This document shows, piece after piece, positions 15,361-22,345 of a stretch of 33,121 nt of DNA (its first letter is position 1; every line of letters begins with the position of its first letter). Both the position numbers and the translations under genes were made by a program. Origin of the DNA: an uncultured Bacteroidales bacterium (lineage in GTDB: Bacteria; Bacteroidota; Bacteroidia; Bacteroidales; UBA3663); NCBI GenBank assembly GCA_905236195.1, contig CAJOOX010000082.1:1-33121 (forward strand). The letters run 5' to 3'. Under the pieces are notes generated by a model that worked only from the letters and a program-made list of their open reading frames with translations, made no database searches and had not been told where the DNA came from.

Positions 15361-18174
15361 CTATTTAGTTTCATTGAGGCGCTCCTTAGGTGTCTGTCCG
15401 AAGTAGTCGCGATAGCAGCGTGAGAAATAGCTGGGAGACGAGAATCCGACGGCATATGCAACTTCCGATATGGACATATCTGTGGTTGACAGGAGTGTGA
15501 AAGCCCGTTTAAGACGAATGGTACGGATGAATTCGTTCGGAGGCATCGAGGTGAGCTGTTTGCAACGGCGATAGAACTGTACTCGTCCCAATTTGAACTC
15601 GCGGCTAAGATCCTCGACGGTAATGTCGGGATCGGAGATATGGTCCTGAACATAGGCATAGAGTTTCTCGGTCCACGTCTGTTCGGCTTTCGCAAAATCC
15701 TTCCGCGGATGCATTTGTGAAACTGCTGTCCCTTTGAGACTGTCTTTCTCGGCCCTGTTATTGCCGAGGAGATTCGCCACGGCTGCCTTGAGAACCTCGC
15801 CGTGGAAAGGTTTGGTTATATAGGTCTCCACACCGGACTCATAGGCTTTCTGCATGTGGTAATTGTCGGAATAAGCCGTCAGCATAATGACAGGAATATG
15901 CATCGTCTGGCGGTCGTCTCTGAGTTTGGCGGCCAGTTCCCAACCATTCATGACGGACATCATACCTTCGGTGATGACTATAGCAGGCATCCGGCGGATG
16001 GCAATCTGGAAGCCTTCTTGTCCGTTGGCAGCCTCCACAATATTATAAGTATCCGACAACAACTGACGGAGGTAGCAACGCATGGCATGGTTGTCTGTCA
16101 CAATAAGCACCTCGGGACGCGGGTCCCCATCGGACTGTTCGACGGACAATTCGGAATCGATGTTCACAATCACATCGTGATGCATGGTGGGTGTCTCGAG
16201 CGACGTAATGTCAGACATGGATTCCATCATCTCACGAGTGAGCCTATTCTCCTCCTCGAGGTAAATGTTGGCGGCCTGTCCCTGATCGGCAATTGCGGGT
16301 TGGGACATCGGGATACGAACCGTCACGACAGTACCGCGTCCGATGGGATTGTCGGATACGGATATTTCACCATGGTGCAATTCGGTGAACATTTTGGCGA
16401 GCACCAGTCCCATCGATGAAGCTCCTGCCGTCTCATTCTCGGACATATATGGATTGAAGAAGTGAGGTTTGACACCTTTCGGAATACCGATACCGGTATC
16501 AGAGATGGTCACAACGAGGAAACGTTTTTCACCGGTTCCCTCCACCGCTGCGTTAAAGCCTACAGAACCGTTGATGGGCGTGAACTTGAAAGAGTAGCCC
16601 AGGAGGTCATAAACTATACGGACGATTTTGTCCTCATCGCCGGTCATCCGATAGTCGCCCTCAGCAAATTCGGCATTAAACGTCAGATGTTTAGGAACCG
16701 CCTCGTTTCTGAACTGGTCAATCCAATAGCCTATAATTTTCGCAAAGTCGAAATTCTGGAGGTTCAGACGGTTCGTATCGTCTTTATAATGGATAATGTC
16801 GCTGAGCTGGCGTACGAGTCTGTATTGCATTCTGACATTCGGAACCATCAGATTGACGAGCCGACGATCCTCGGCAGAAAGTGTCTTGCTGGCCTGGAGC
16901 TGACGCATCGGGTCGAGAATAAGGGTCAGCGGGGTTCGCAAGTCATGACTTACAGACGACACGAACCGGCGTCCCTGTTCGAGAGTTGTAGACTGTTCGC
17001 GGTTCTGGTCCTTCAGGCTGGAACGTTCCTTCTCAACACGGCTCTTGTCTACGGTGAGTTTTTCCAGGTTCTCTTTGCGTTTACCAAGATATCGCACAAG
17101 CATCCAAACCGACACCAGGAGAACAAAGATGAACACAGCCACGAAGATATTGATGTAGCGGTTTTTGAGGATAGATGCCTGCAAATCGTCATAAAGACGG
17201 TTCATCTCGTCGCTGTTCTTCATTTCGTCCTCCAAATCGGTTCGAAGAGTTGAGAGCAGGGTTTCGTTTCCGGCATCAATGATATTGGTAACCGAATAGT
17301 TATAACGGGAGAACTGGTTCCCGTCCAGAATCTTCCTTGCCAGACGAATGACGTGTTCTCCGCCAGTGAGCGACTCCACAACGCCGGTAATCGTACCGGC
17401 ATTGAGGGCTTTGAGGGCATCGCTGCGGTATCCTTCCTTGTCGGCAACAATGACGGGCACTTTCTCTGCCCCATGGCTGTACATAGCCTTGAGGGCTCCC
17501 TGCGCCAAATCATTCGACTCGGCTAAGATAAAATCGATGTGTTCCTGCTCTTCGATCACTTCAGACATCCGCTGAGTTGCTGCATCTGGATTGGAGGCTT
17601 CCACCTGGGCCACCACATGGATATCGGGATAATCGCGAAGCATATTGAGGAGTCCGGCCAGTCCTGCGGCTACATTGGGACGGCTGTTCTCGTGAGAAAC
17701 AGTAATCAGATTGCCTTTGGTCCCACATGTTCGAACAAGACATTCAACCATGGAACGACCCATATCGTAGAAATCTGCACCAATGAAGGCTGTATAGCAG
17801 TCTTTGGACAGCACATTGTCGACCAGCAGCACCGAGATACCTTGGTCGAAAATCTCCTCTATCACCGGCGCCATTGCCTCGGGATTGCCGGCACAGATAA
17901 TGAGCATATCCACGTCGGATTCTGCCAACTCACGGATGTCGGTCAGTTGTTGTCCGGTATTTCCGTCAGCAATTCTAGTATCCAATTCGATACAGTTTGC
18001 ATTGTCGGCCTCACGTTCCATCTCCTTCAGCAACTGCTGATGATGGGGACTCCAGCTACCTAAAGACACACCGACGCGATGAGTCTGCTTTGAATATTCC
18101 TTACAACCTGTCAACCCTATTCCCAAAAGGAATGAAGTCAGCATGCACAACAGAAAGTTAAGGCTACGGGACAT
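15361..18174 (-). CDS. Hybrid two-component system sensor kinase/response regulator with periplasmic sugar-binding (PBP1) sensor and AraC-type HTH output
   Basis: 937 aa. Domain order: signal/lipobox (LTGC); periplasmic-binding-protein-like domain (residues ~30-300); TM (341-361); HisKA H-box (SHDLRTPL, His410); HATPase (DTGIGIP); receiver (EVLIVTDN...IPVIMLTA...YITKPF); C-terminal AraC HTH (ISEVAYAVGFSSPSYFSRCYRDYFGQTP). Confidence 0.9.
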   Translation of the reverse strand: MSRSLNFLLCMLTSFLLGIGLTGCKEYSKQTHRVGVSLGSWSPHHQQLLKEMEREADNANCIELDTRIADGNTGQQLTDIRELAESDVDMLIICAGNPEAMAPVIEEIFDQGISVLLVDNVLSKDCYTAFIGADFYDMGRSMVECLVRTCGTKGNLITVSHENSRPNVAAGLAGLLNMLRDYPDIHVVAQVEASNPDAATQRMSEVIEEQEHIDFILAESNDLAQGALKAMYSHGAEKVPVIVADKEGYRSDALKALNAGTITGVVESLTGGEHVIRLARKILDGNQFSRYNYSVTNIIDAGNETLLSTLRTDLEDEMKNSDEMNRLYDDLQASILKNRYINIFVAVFIFVLLVSVWMLVRYLGKRKENLEKLTVDKSRVEKERSSLKDQNREQSTTLEQGRRFVSSVSHDLRTPLTLILDPMRQLQASKTLSAEDRRLVNLMVPNVRMQYRLVRQLSDIIHYKDDTNRLNLQNFDFAKIIGYWIDQFRNEAVPKHLTFNAEFAEGDYRMTGDEDKIVRIVYDLLGYSFKFTPINGSVGFNAAVEGTGEKRFLVVTISDTGIGIPKGVKPHFFNPYMSENETAGASSMGLVLAKMFTELHHGEISVSDNPIGRGTVVTVRIPMSQPAIADQGQAANIYLEEENRLTREMMESMSDITSLETPTMHHDVIVNIDSELSVEQSDGDPRPEVLIVTDNHAMRCYLRQLLSDTYNIVEAANGQEGFQIAIRRMPAIVITEGMMSVMNGWELAAKLRDDRQTMHIPVIMLTAYSDNYHMQKAYESGVETYITKPFHGEVLKAAVANLLGNNRAEKDSLKGTAVSQMHPRKDFAKAEQTWTEKLYAYVQDHISDPDITVEDLSREFKLGRVQFYRRCKQLTSMPPNEFIRTIRLKRAFTLLSTTDMSISEVAYAVGFSSPSYFSRCYRDYFGQTPKERLNETK

Positions 18175-18302
18175 TAATGTCTTGAAATTCTTAATACTTA
18201 TTTATAATAAGGTATCGTATCTGGACTATGAGTAACTTGTATCTGGAGAAGCAGAAGCCCGGTCGCGAAGTGTGTTCGGCGTTTCTGCTATCTCGGGGTT
18301 GT

Positions 18303-19115
18303 TTATTTCTTGACGACCATAGGGCCGCTGTTTCCTCTCATTCCTTCGAACTTGAGTGTCAGTTTGCGTTTCATCTTTTCGGCCTTTCCGTCGATGGTTC
18401 CAGGTTTCCATTTGGGAAGACTCTTGCCGATTGTCTTAGCGCGGTCATTGAGAAGTTTGCAAGTCGAGCTCTCTATATCGACATCCTTGGTATTTCCTTC
18501 CTTGTCGATGGTAAGTTCGAGCACTACGGTAGCTCCTGCCATCTGATCATATTCCTTCTCATGGGGATCAATCACCAAGTAGCGGAACAGAAACTTACGA
18601 AGCCCCATCGCACCGTTGTCGGCGAAATCGGGTTCAACTACGGCACGTCCTTTCTCGTCGGTATAGGAACGTGCAGCATTCATTTCGCTACGGAACCCGC
18701 CCTTGCCGCTCCCCTTCTTGAAACGGATGGGGACGATGAAATTGGCCTCGACTGCCTGTCCGTCAATCGTGGCGGGCTGGAATTTGGGGAAGAGTCCCAC
18801 CACACGTTTGGCTTCGGCAATCAGGTCAGGATTGTCGGTGTTCTTGTGATGGGAGAAAACAGCAATATCACTGATGGACCCGTCGGGATGGACATTGAAC
18901 TGTAGCATGACACTTCCAGATATGCCAGCCTGCTTTGCAGCCTCGGGATACTGGAGGTTCTCGCTGATAAACTGTTCCATTGCCTGTTTACCGCCAGGGA
19001 ATTCCGGAGGAGTTCCTACAGCGTCCTGTTGTACCATAACCGGAGAGTTAGGAAGTGCGGTTGCATATGTAACGCTGAGCCATAGTGCTGTGAATAAGAG
19101 AATGCACTTTTTCAT
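18303..19115 (-). CDS. Secreted protein with two TonB C-terminal-like domains
   Basis: 270 aa with a signal peptide (MKKCILLFTALWLSVTYA). The first module (PEFPGGKQAMEQFISENLQYPEAAKQAGISGSVMLQFNV..DG) is a canonical TonB_C. A second, more divergent module lies at residues ~150-260. There is no N-terminal TM anchor or Pro-rich spacer. Confidence 0.65.
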   Translation of the reverse strand: MKKCILLFTALWLSVTYATALPNSPVMVQQDAVGTPPEFPGGKQAMEQFISENLQYPEAAKQAGISGSVMLQFNVHPDGSISDIAVFSHHKNTDNPDLIAEAKRVVGLFPKFQPATIDGQAVEANFIVPIRFKKGSGKGGFRSEMNAARSYTDEKGRAVVEPDFADNGAMGLRKFLFRYLVIDPHEKEYDQMAGATVVLELTIDKEGNTKDVDIESSTCKLLNDRAKTIGKSLPKWKPGTIDGKAEKMKRKLTLKFEGMRGNSGPMVVKK

Positions 19116-19137
19116 TTGAATTCAGGTTTTATTTCGG

Positions 19138-19145
19138 CAAAGATA
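19138..19145 (-). promoter_or_regulatory. -7 promoter box TATCTTTG for the TonB_C gene (and probably the HTCS)
   Basis: Exact TAnnTTTG match on the minus strand, 23 nt upstream of the ATG at 19115. Confidence 0.5.
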
Positions 19146-19208
19146 GAAAAAAAACTTGAAACATCCAAATTTTTTGCCCAAAAACTTGTGTTTTTATCAA
19201 AATATATG

Positions 19209-19216
19209 TATCTTTG
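19209..19216 (+). promoter_or_regulatory. -7 promoter box TATCTTTG for the GH43 gene
   Basis: Exact TAnnTTTG match on the plus strand, about 42 nt upstream of the ATG at 19258. Confidence 0.5.
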
Positions 19217-19257
19217 CCACAAAATACATATCCAAAACTGAAATCAAACACCCGAAA

Positions 19258-21000
19258 ATGTACAAGAACTTTCTCCTTTTACTGGCAATCGGCATTCTGA
19301 CAGACACTGCCGCTGCACAGACACCCTCGGCCACTTGGAATCCCAACATTTCCGCAAGTAAGTATCGCAATCCCGTCATCAATGCCGACTATTCCGACCC
19401 GGACGTTTGCCGTGTGGGCAACGACTACTGGATGACATCGTCGTCGTTTGCCAGTTTCCCCGGACTGCAGATTCTGCATTCTACCGATCTTGTGAATTGG
19501 GAAATAGTAGGAGCAGCCCTCACAGATTACTATCCGGACGAGTCTTGGAAGAAGGCTGTTCAGCACGGCAACTTCGTGTGGGCGCCCTCCATCCGCTACC
19601 ACGACGGCTGGTTCTATATCTACTGCGGCGATCCCGACAACGGCCTCTTCATGACCAAGACGAAGGACCCCCGTGGCACATGGGAACCCATCGTATGGGT
19701 AAAGGAGGGCAAAGGCCTGATTGACTGCTGCCCGCTGTGGGATGAAGACGGAAAAGCCTATCTCTCACACGGCTGTGCAGGATCGCGTGCCGGTGTGAAG
19801 TCGGTTCTGTTCGTTGCTCCCCTCTCGCCCGACGGCACTAAAGTGACCGGTCCCTCGCAGATTGTGTTCGACGGACATGAGACACAACCCACAATTGAAG
19901 GCACCAAGTTCTACAAACGCAACGGCTACTATTATATTATGTCGCCTGCGGGAGGCGTACCCACCGGCTGGCAAGTCACGCTGCGTTCTCGTTCGCCCTT
20001 CGGTCCCTATGAGGAATACATCTCGATGGCTCAGGGTGGCGATCTGAATCACATCAACGGCCCTCATCAGGGTGCGTGGGTGGACACCCAGAACGGCGAG
20101 GACTGGTTCCTGCATTTCCAAGACAAGGATGCCTACGGACGTGTGGTACACCTGCAGCCCATGAAATGGGTGAATGACTGGCCGGTCATCGGAGAAGACA
20201 AAGACGGCGATGGTGTGGGCACACCCGTCAATGAATACCGGAAACCCAACCTCCCCTCGTCCGGCAATTACCAGCCTGCCGAGAGTGACGAATTTGACAC
20301 GACAACCCTGGGGCTGCAGTGGCAGTGGCAGGGTCCGTGGAGCCACTATTGGTATTTCTGTGATGCCAACAACTCGAGGCTCCGTCTCTACGGTGTTGAG
20401 CATCTGCCCGGCTTCCGCAATCTGTCCGACTGTCCCAACCTGCTGCTCCAGAAACTGCCTGCCGAAAACTTCACGGCAACTGCCAAAGTCAAATTCGCAC
20501 CCAATCCCGAATTCAAAGCACGCGGAGAAAATGCCGGTCTCATCATGATGGGGCAAGACTATGCTGCACTCAAGATTGTGGACATGGGAGACGGTAAGTT
20601 CAGACTCCAACGTGTGAACTGCAAGAAATGTCTCAAGGACGGCAAAGAAGAAGTCGAAGCTGAAGTGGAAATCGACGGAGTGAAGGGCGATGAGCCCTAC
20701 ACCGTGAAATACGCTTCCGTCGGCGTGGGTCAGGTCAAACCTTCGGCCCGCATCACCACTCCCGACCTCTGGCTCCGTGTCAAAGTACGCGGCCATCGTC
20801 CCAAGGGCAAAGTTGTACCCCAGACGCTCTGCCGTTTCTATTACAGTCTGGACGGCAAGAATTACAAGGAACTGGGTTCCGAATTTGCGGCCCAGCCTGG
20901 CAAATGGATCGGAGCCAAGGTTGGCCTCTTCAACTGCCGTCCCGGCACCAAGAACGATGCTGCCTGGCTCGATGTCGACAGTTTCATTTTCACGAAATAA
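19258..21000 (+). CDS. Glycoside hydrolase family 43 (beta-xylosidase/alpha-L-arabinofuranosidase type) with C-terminal concanavalin-like domain
   Basis: I chose the start at Met35 of the listed ORF, which gives a signal peptide (MYKNFLLLLAIGILTDTAAAQ). The N-terminal GH43 signature is NPVINADYSDPDVCRVGNDYWMTSSSFASFPGLQILHSTDLVNWE. The C-terminal ~200 aa is beta-sandwich-like. Confidence 0.85.
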   Translation: MYKNFLLLLAIGILTDTAAAQTPSATWNPNISASKYRNPVINADYSDPDVCRVGNDYWMTSSSFASFPGLQILHSTDLVNWEIVGAALTDYYPDESWKKAVQHGNFVWAPSIRYHDGWFYIYCGDPDNGLFMTKTKDPRGTWEPIVWVKEGKGLIDCCPLWDEDGKAYLSHGCAGSRAGVKSVLFVAPLSPDGTKVTGPSQIVFDGHETQPTIEGTKFYKRNGYYYIMSPAGGVPTGWQVTLRSRSPFGPYEEYISMAQGGDLNHINGPHQGAWVDTQNGEDWFLHFQDKDAYGRVVHLQPMKWVNDWPVIGEDKDGDGVGTPVNEYRKPNLPSSGNYQPAESDEFDTTTLGLQWQWQGPWSHYWYFCDANNSRLRLYGVEHLPGFRNLSDCPNLLLQKLPAENFTATAKVKFAPNPEFKARGENAGLIMMGQDYAALKIVDMGDGKFRLQRVNCKKCLKDGKEEVEAEVEIDGVKGDEPYTVKYASVGVGQVKPSARITTPDLWLRVKVRGHRPKGKVVPQTLCRFYYSLDGKNYKELGSEFAAQPGKWIGAKVGLFNCRPGTKNDAAWLDVDSFIFTK

Positions 21001-21018
21001 TATTATCTTACCAATCGA

Positions 21019-21060
21019 GTAGGAGGAAAATGAAGTAGTTTTCCTCCTACTTCATTTTCC
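21019..21060. terminator. Hairpin that can fold in two registers (12-bp or 14-bp perfect stems); likely GH43 terminator
   Basis: Register A: GTAGGAGGAAAA / TTTTCCTCCTAC (21019-21030 / 21039-21050). Register B: GGAAAATGAAGTAG / CTACTTCATTTTCC (21025-21038 / 21047-21060). Confidence 0.5.
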
Positions 21061-21071
21061 GACCTCTCACA

Positions 21072-21101
21072 CCACCGTACATGCGGTTCCGCATACGGCG
21101 G
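21072..21101 (-). ncRNA. Group II intron domain V
   Basis: CCGCCGTA-TGCG-[GAAC]-CGCA-(TG bulge)-TACGGTGG. This gives 8+4 bp with the canonical 2-nt bulge on the 3' strand, and CGC at the catalytic-triad position. Confidence 0.6.
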
Positions 21102-21104
21102 TTC

Positions 21105-21398
21105 CTAACACGGATGCAGCTTCACATAGTAATCTATCAGACAAGGGTAGCCTTCGCTCTTTAACCTCTCGTTGGTAGCTGCACGCAACATGATACTATG
21201 CGCAACGCGCCAATAGCCCTTTCGGGTGTTTGCCCATTGCCATGCCTGTGACTTGGCGATACCATATTCTCGTAGGTTCTTAAAGCGGGTGCGTACCCGT
21301 TTCCAACATTTCCATATACACATGCGGATGCGACTGCGTAGCCATTGGTCGGTCTCTTCCAAGAAACTGCGCATGTCAGCCATCCGAAAGTAGGTCAC
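21105..21398 (-). pseudogene. C-terminal fragment of a group II intron reverse transcriptase/maturase
   Basis: The 97-aa ORF contains LEETDQWLRSRIRMCIWKCWKRVRTRFKNLREYGIAKSQAWQWANTRKGYWRVAHS, typical of the end of the maturase (X) region of intron-encoded proteins. RT domains are absent. Confidence 0.65.
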
Positions 21399-21501
21399 TA
21401 CGCCTCACGACGGACACCCTTGCGCTTGGCTATGTGATTCCCGCTATTAGGCTCACTCGGGACTTGCACCCGTTAGAGTATGCCCATGCTGGGCGAACTA
21501 C

Positions 21502-21532
21502 AAAAAGGAGCCCTCGCCTGACAGCGGGGGCT
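21502..21532 (-). terminator. Rho-independent terminator of the Zn-peptidase gene
   Basis: Minus strand reads AGCCCCCGC-TGTCAG-GCGAGGGCT (9-bp stem including one G-U), then CC and a T5 run, about 28 nt after the stop at 21560. Confidence 0.7.
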
Positions 21533-21559
21533 TCTTCATTATCATTACCCATAAAAAGT

Positions 21560-22234
21560 TCAGTCGTCACGACCGCCCATGAAGATGGCAATGTAGTACA
21601 GGAGCGTAGCGAGCGAACTCACGGCGGCAATCACATAGGTGTAGGCTGCAGAACGAAGTGCAGACTCGGCTTTTTTCTGGGTCTCGCCCGATGTCAGTCC
21701 GCTGTGATCCAGCCACGCAAGGGCGCGTTTGGACGCATCAATTTCAACCGGAAGGGTCACTACGGAGAACAGCGTTGTCACACCGAACAGAATGATACCC
21801 AATAGCATAATCTGGGGGAAGGTCTCAATCAGGAACATACCCACCAAAAGAACAATGGTCACCAATTTGCTGGAAATATTGACAGCCGGCACGAGCGCGG
21901 ACCTCAGTTTGAGAGGGGCATAGCCATATTTGTGCTGAACGGCGTGACCGCACTCATGGGCAGCTACGGCAGCTGCCGCTACGGAAGCCACGTTATAGAC
22001 GCCTTCACTAAGGTTCAGGGTTTTGTCAACCGGATTATAATGATCCGTCAGCATACCGCGTGTGCTTACTACCTTGACATCGGTGATGCCGTTGGAACGC
22101 AACATCTTCTCGGCCACTTCCTTACCTGTCATAATAACTGGCAGTTTGGAATATTCTTTGAATTTCTTCTCGAGATTTTTCTGAATCAGCCAACTCGCAA
22201 TGGCGATGCCGATGAAAAGAATCCAATACATCAT
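21560..22234 (-). CDS. Membrane-associated neutral zinc metallopeptidase (YugP/Zn_peptidase_2-like)
   Basis: 224 aa with an N-terminal TM and an HExxH motif (AAHECGHAVQH). The two C-terminal TM helices are typical of this family. Confidence 0.8.
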   Translation of the reverse strand: MMYWILFIGIAIASWLIQKNLEKKFKEYSKLPVIMTGKEVAEKMLRSNGITDVKVVSTRGMLTDHYNPVDKTLNLSEGVYNVASVAAAAVAAHECGHAVQHKYGYAPLKLRSALVPAVNISSKLVTIVLLVGMFLIETFPQIMLLGIILFGVTTLFSVVTLPVEIDASKRALAWLDHSGLTSGETQKKAESALRSAAYTYVIAAVSSLATLLYYIAIFMGGRDD

Positions 22235-22345
22235 AGTTTTTATTCTTTTTAATTATAAAATATTTCGTTATTTCGATAATTCGTTTCTCGATATTATCTG
22301 CAAAAAGCGTGCCATCTGGCATAAATGTCATTTTGTCAATCGCGG

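Larger units (their letters stand above)
21060..21498 (-). mobile_element. Internally deleted group II intron remnant, class C (IIC)-like; 3' boundary uncertain
   Basis: The minus strand starts GTTCGCCCAGCATGGGCA... right after a terminator. About 120 nt of domain-I-like sequence follows, then a maturase C-terminal fragment and a domain V hairpin with a CGC triad. Confidence 0.65.

Noticed and set aside
19156-19257. N-terminal extensions of listed ORFs (19156 for GH43, 24418 for ygiQ, 27948 for the lipoprotein, 11257 for the small Fe-S protein, 5183 for the MG2 protein)
   Set aside because: In each case an internal Met starts a clean signal peptide or conserved N-terminus. The extension covers AT-rich DNA containing a TAnnTTTG promoter box.
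21021-21038. AGGAGGAAAATGAAGTAG: a perfect Shine-Dalgarno-like sequence plus a 2-codon mini-ORF
   Set aside because: It is simply one arm of the hairpin. Bacteroidota do not rely on SD sequences, and a 2-codon ORF is not meaningful.
21434-21805. 123-aa plus-strand ORF spanning the intron remnant, the terminator and the antisense of the peptidase gene
   Set aside because: It crosses three unrelated features, which explain the sequence better. It has no protein-like features.
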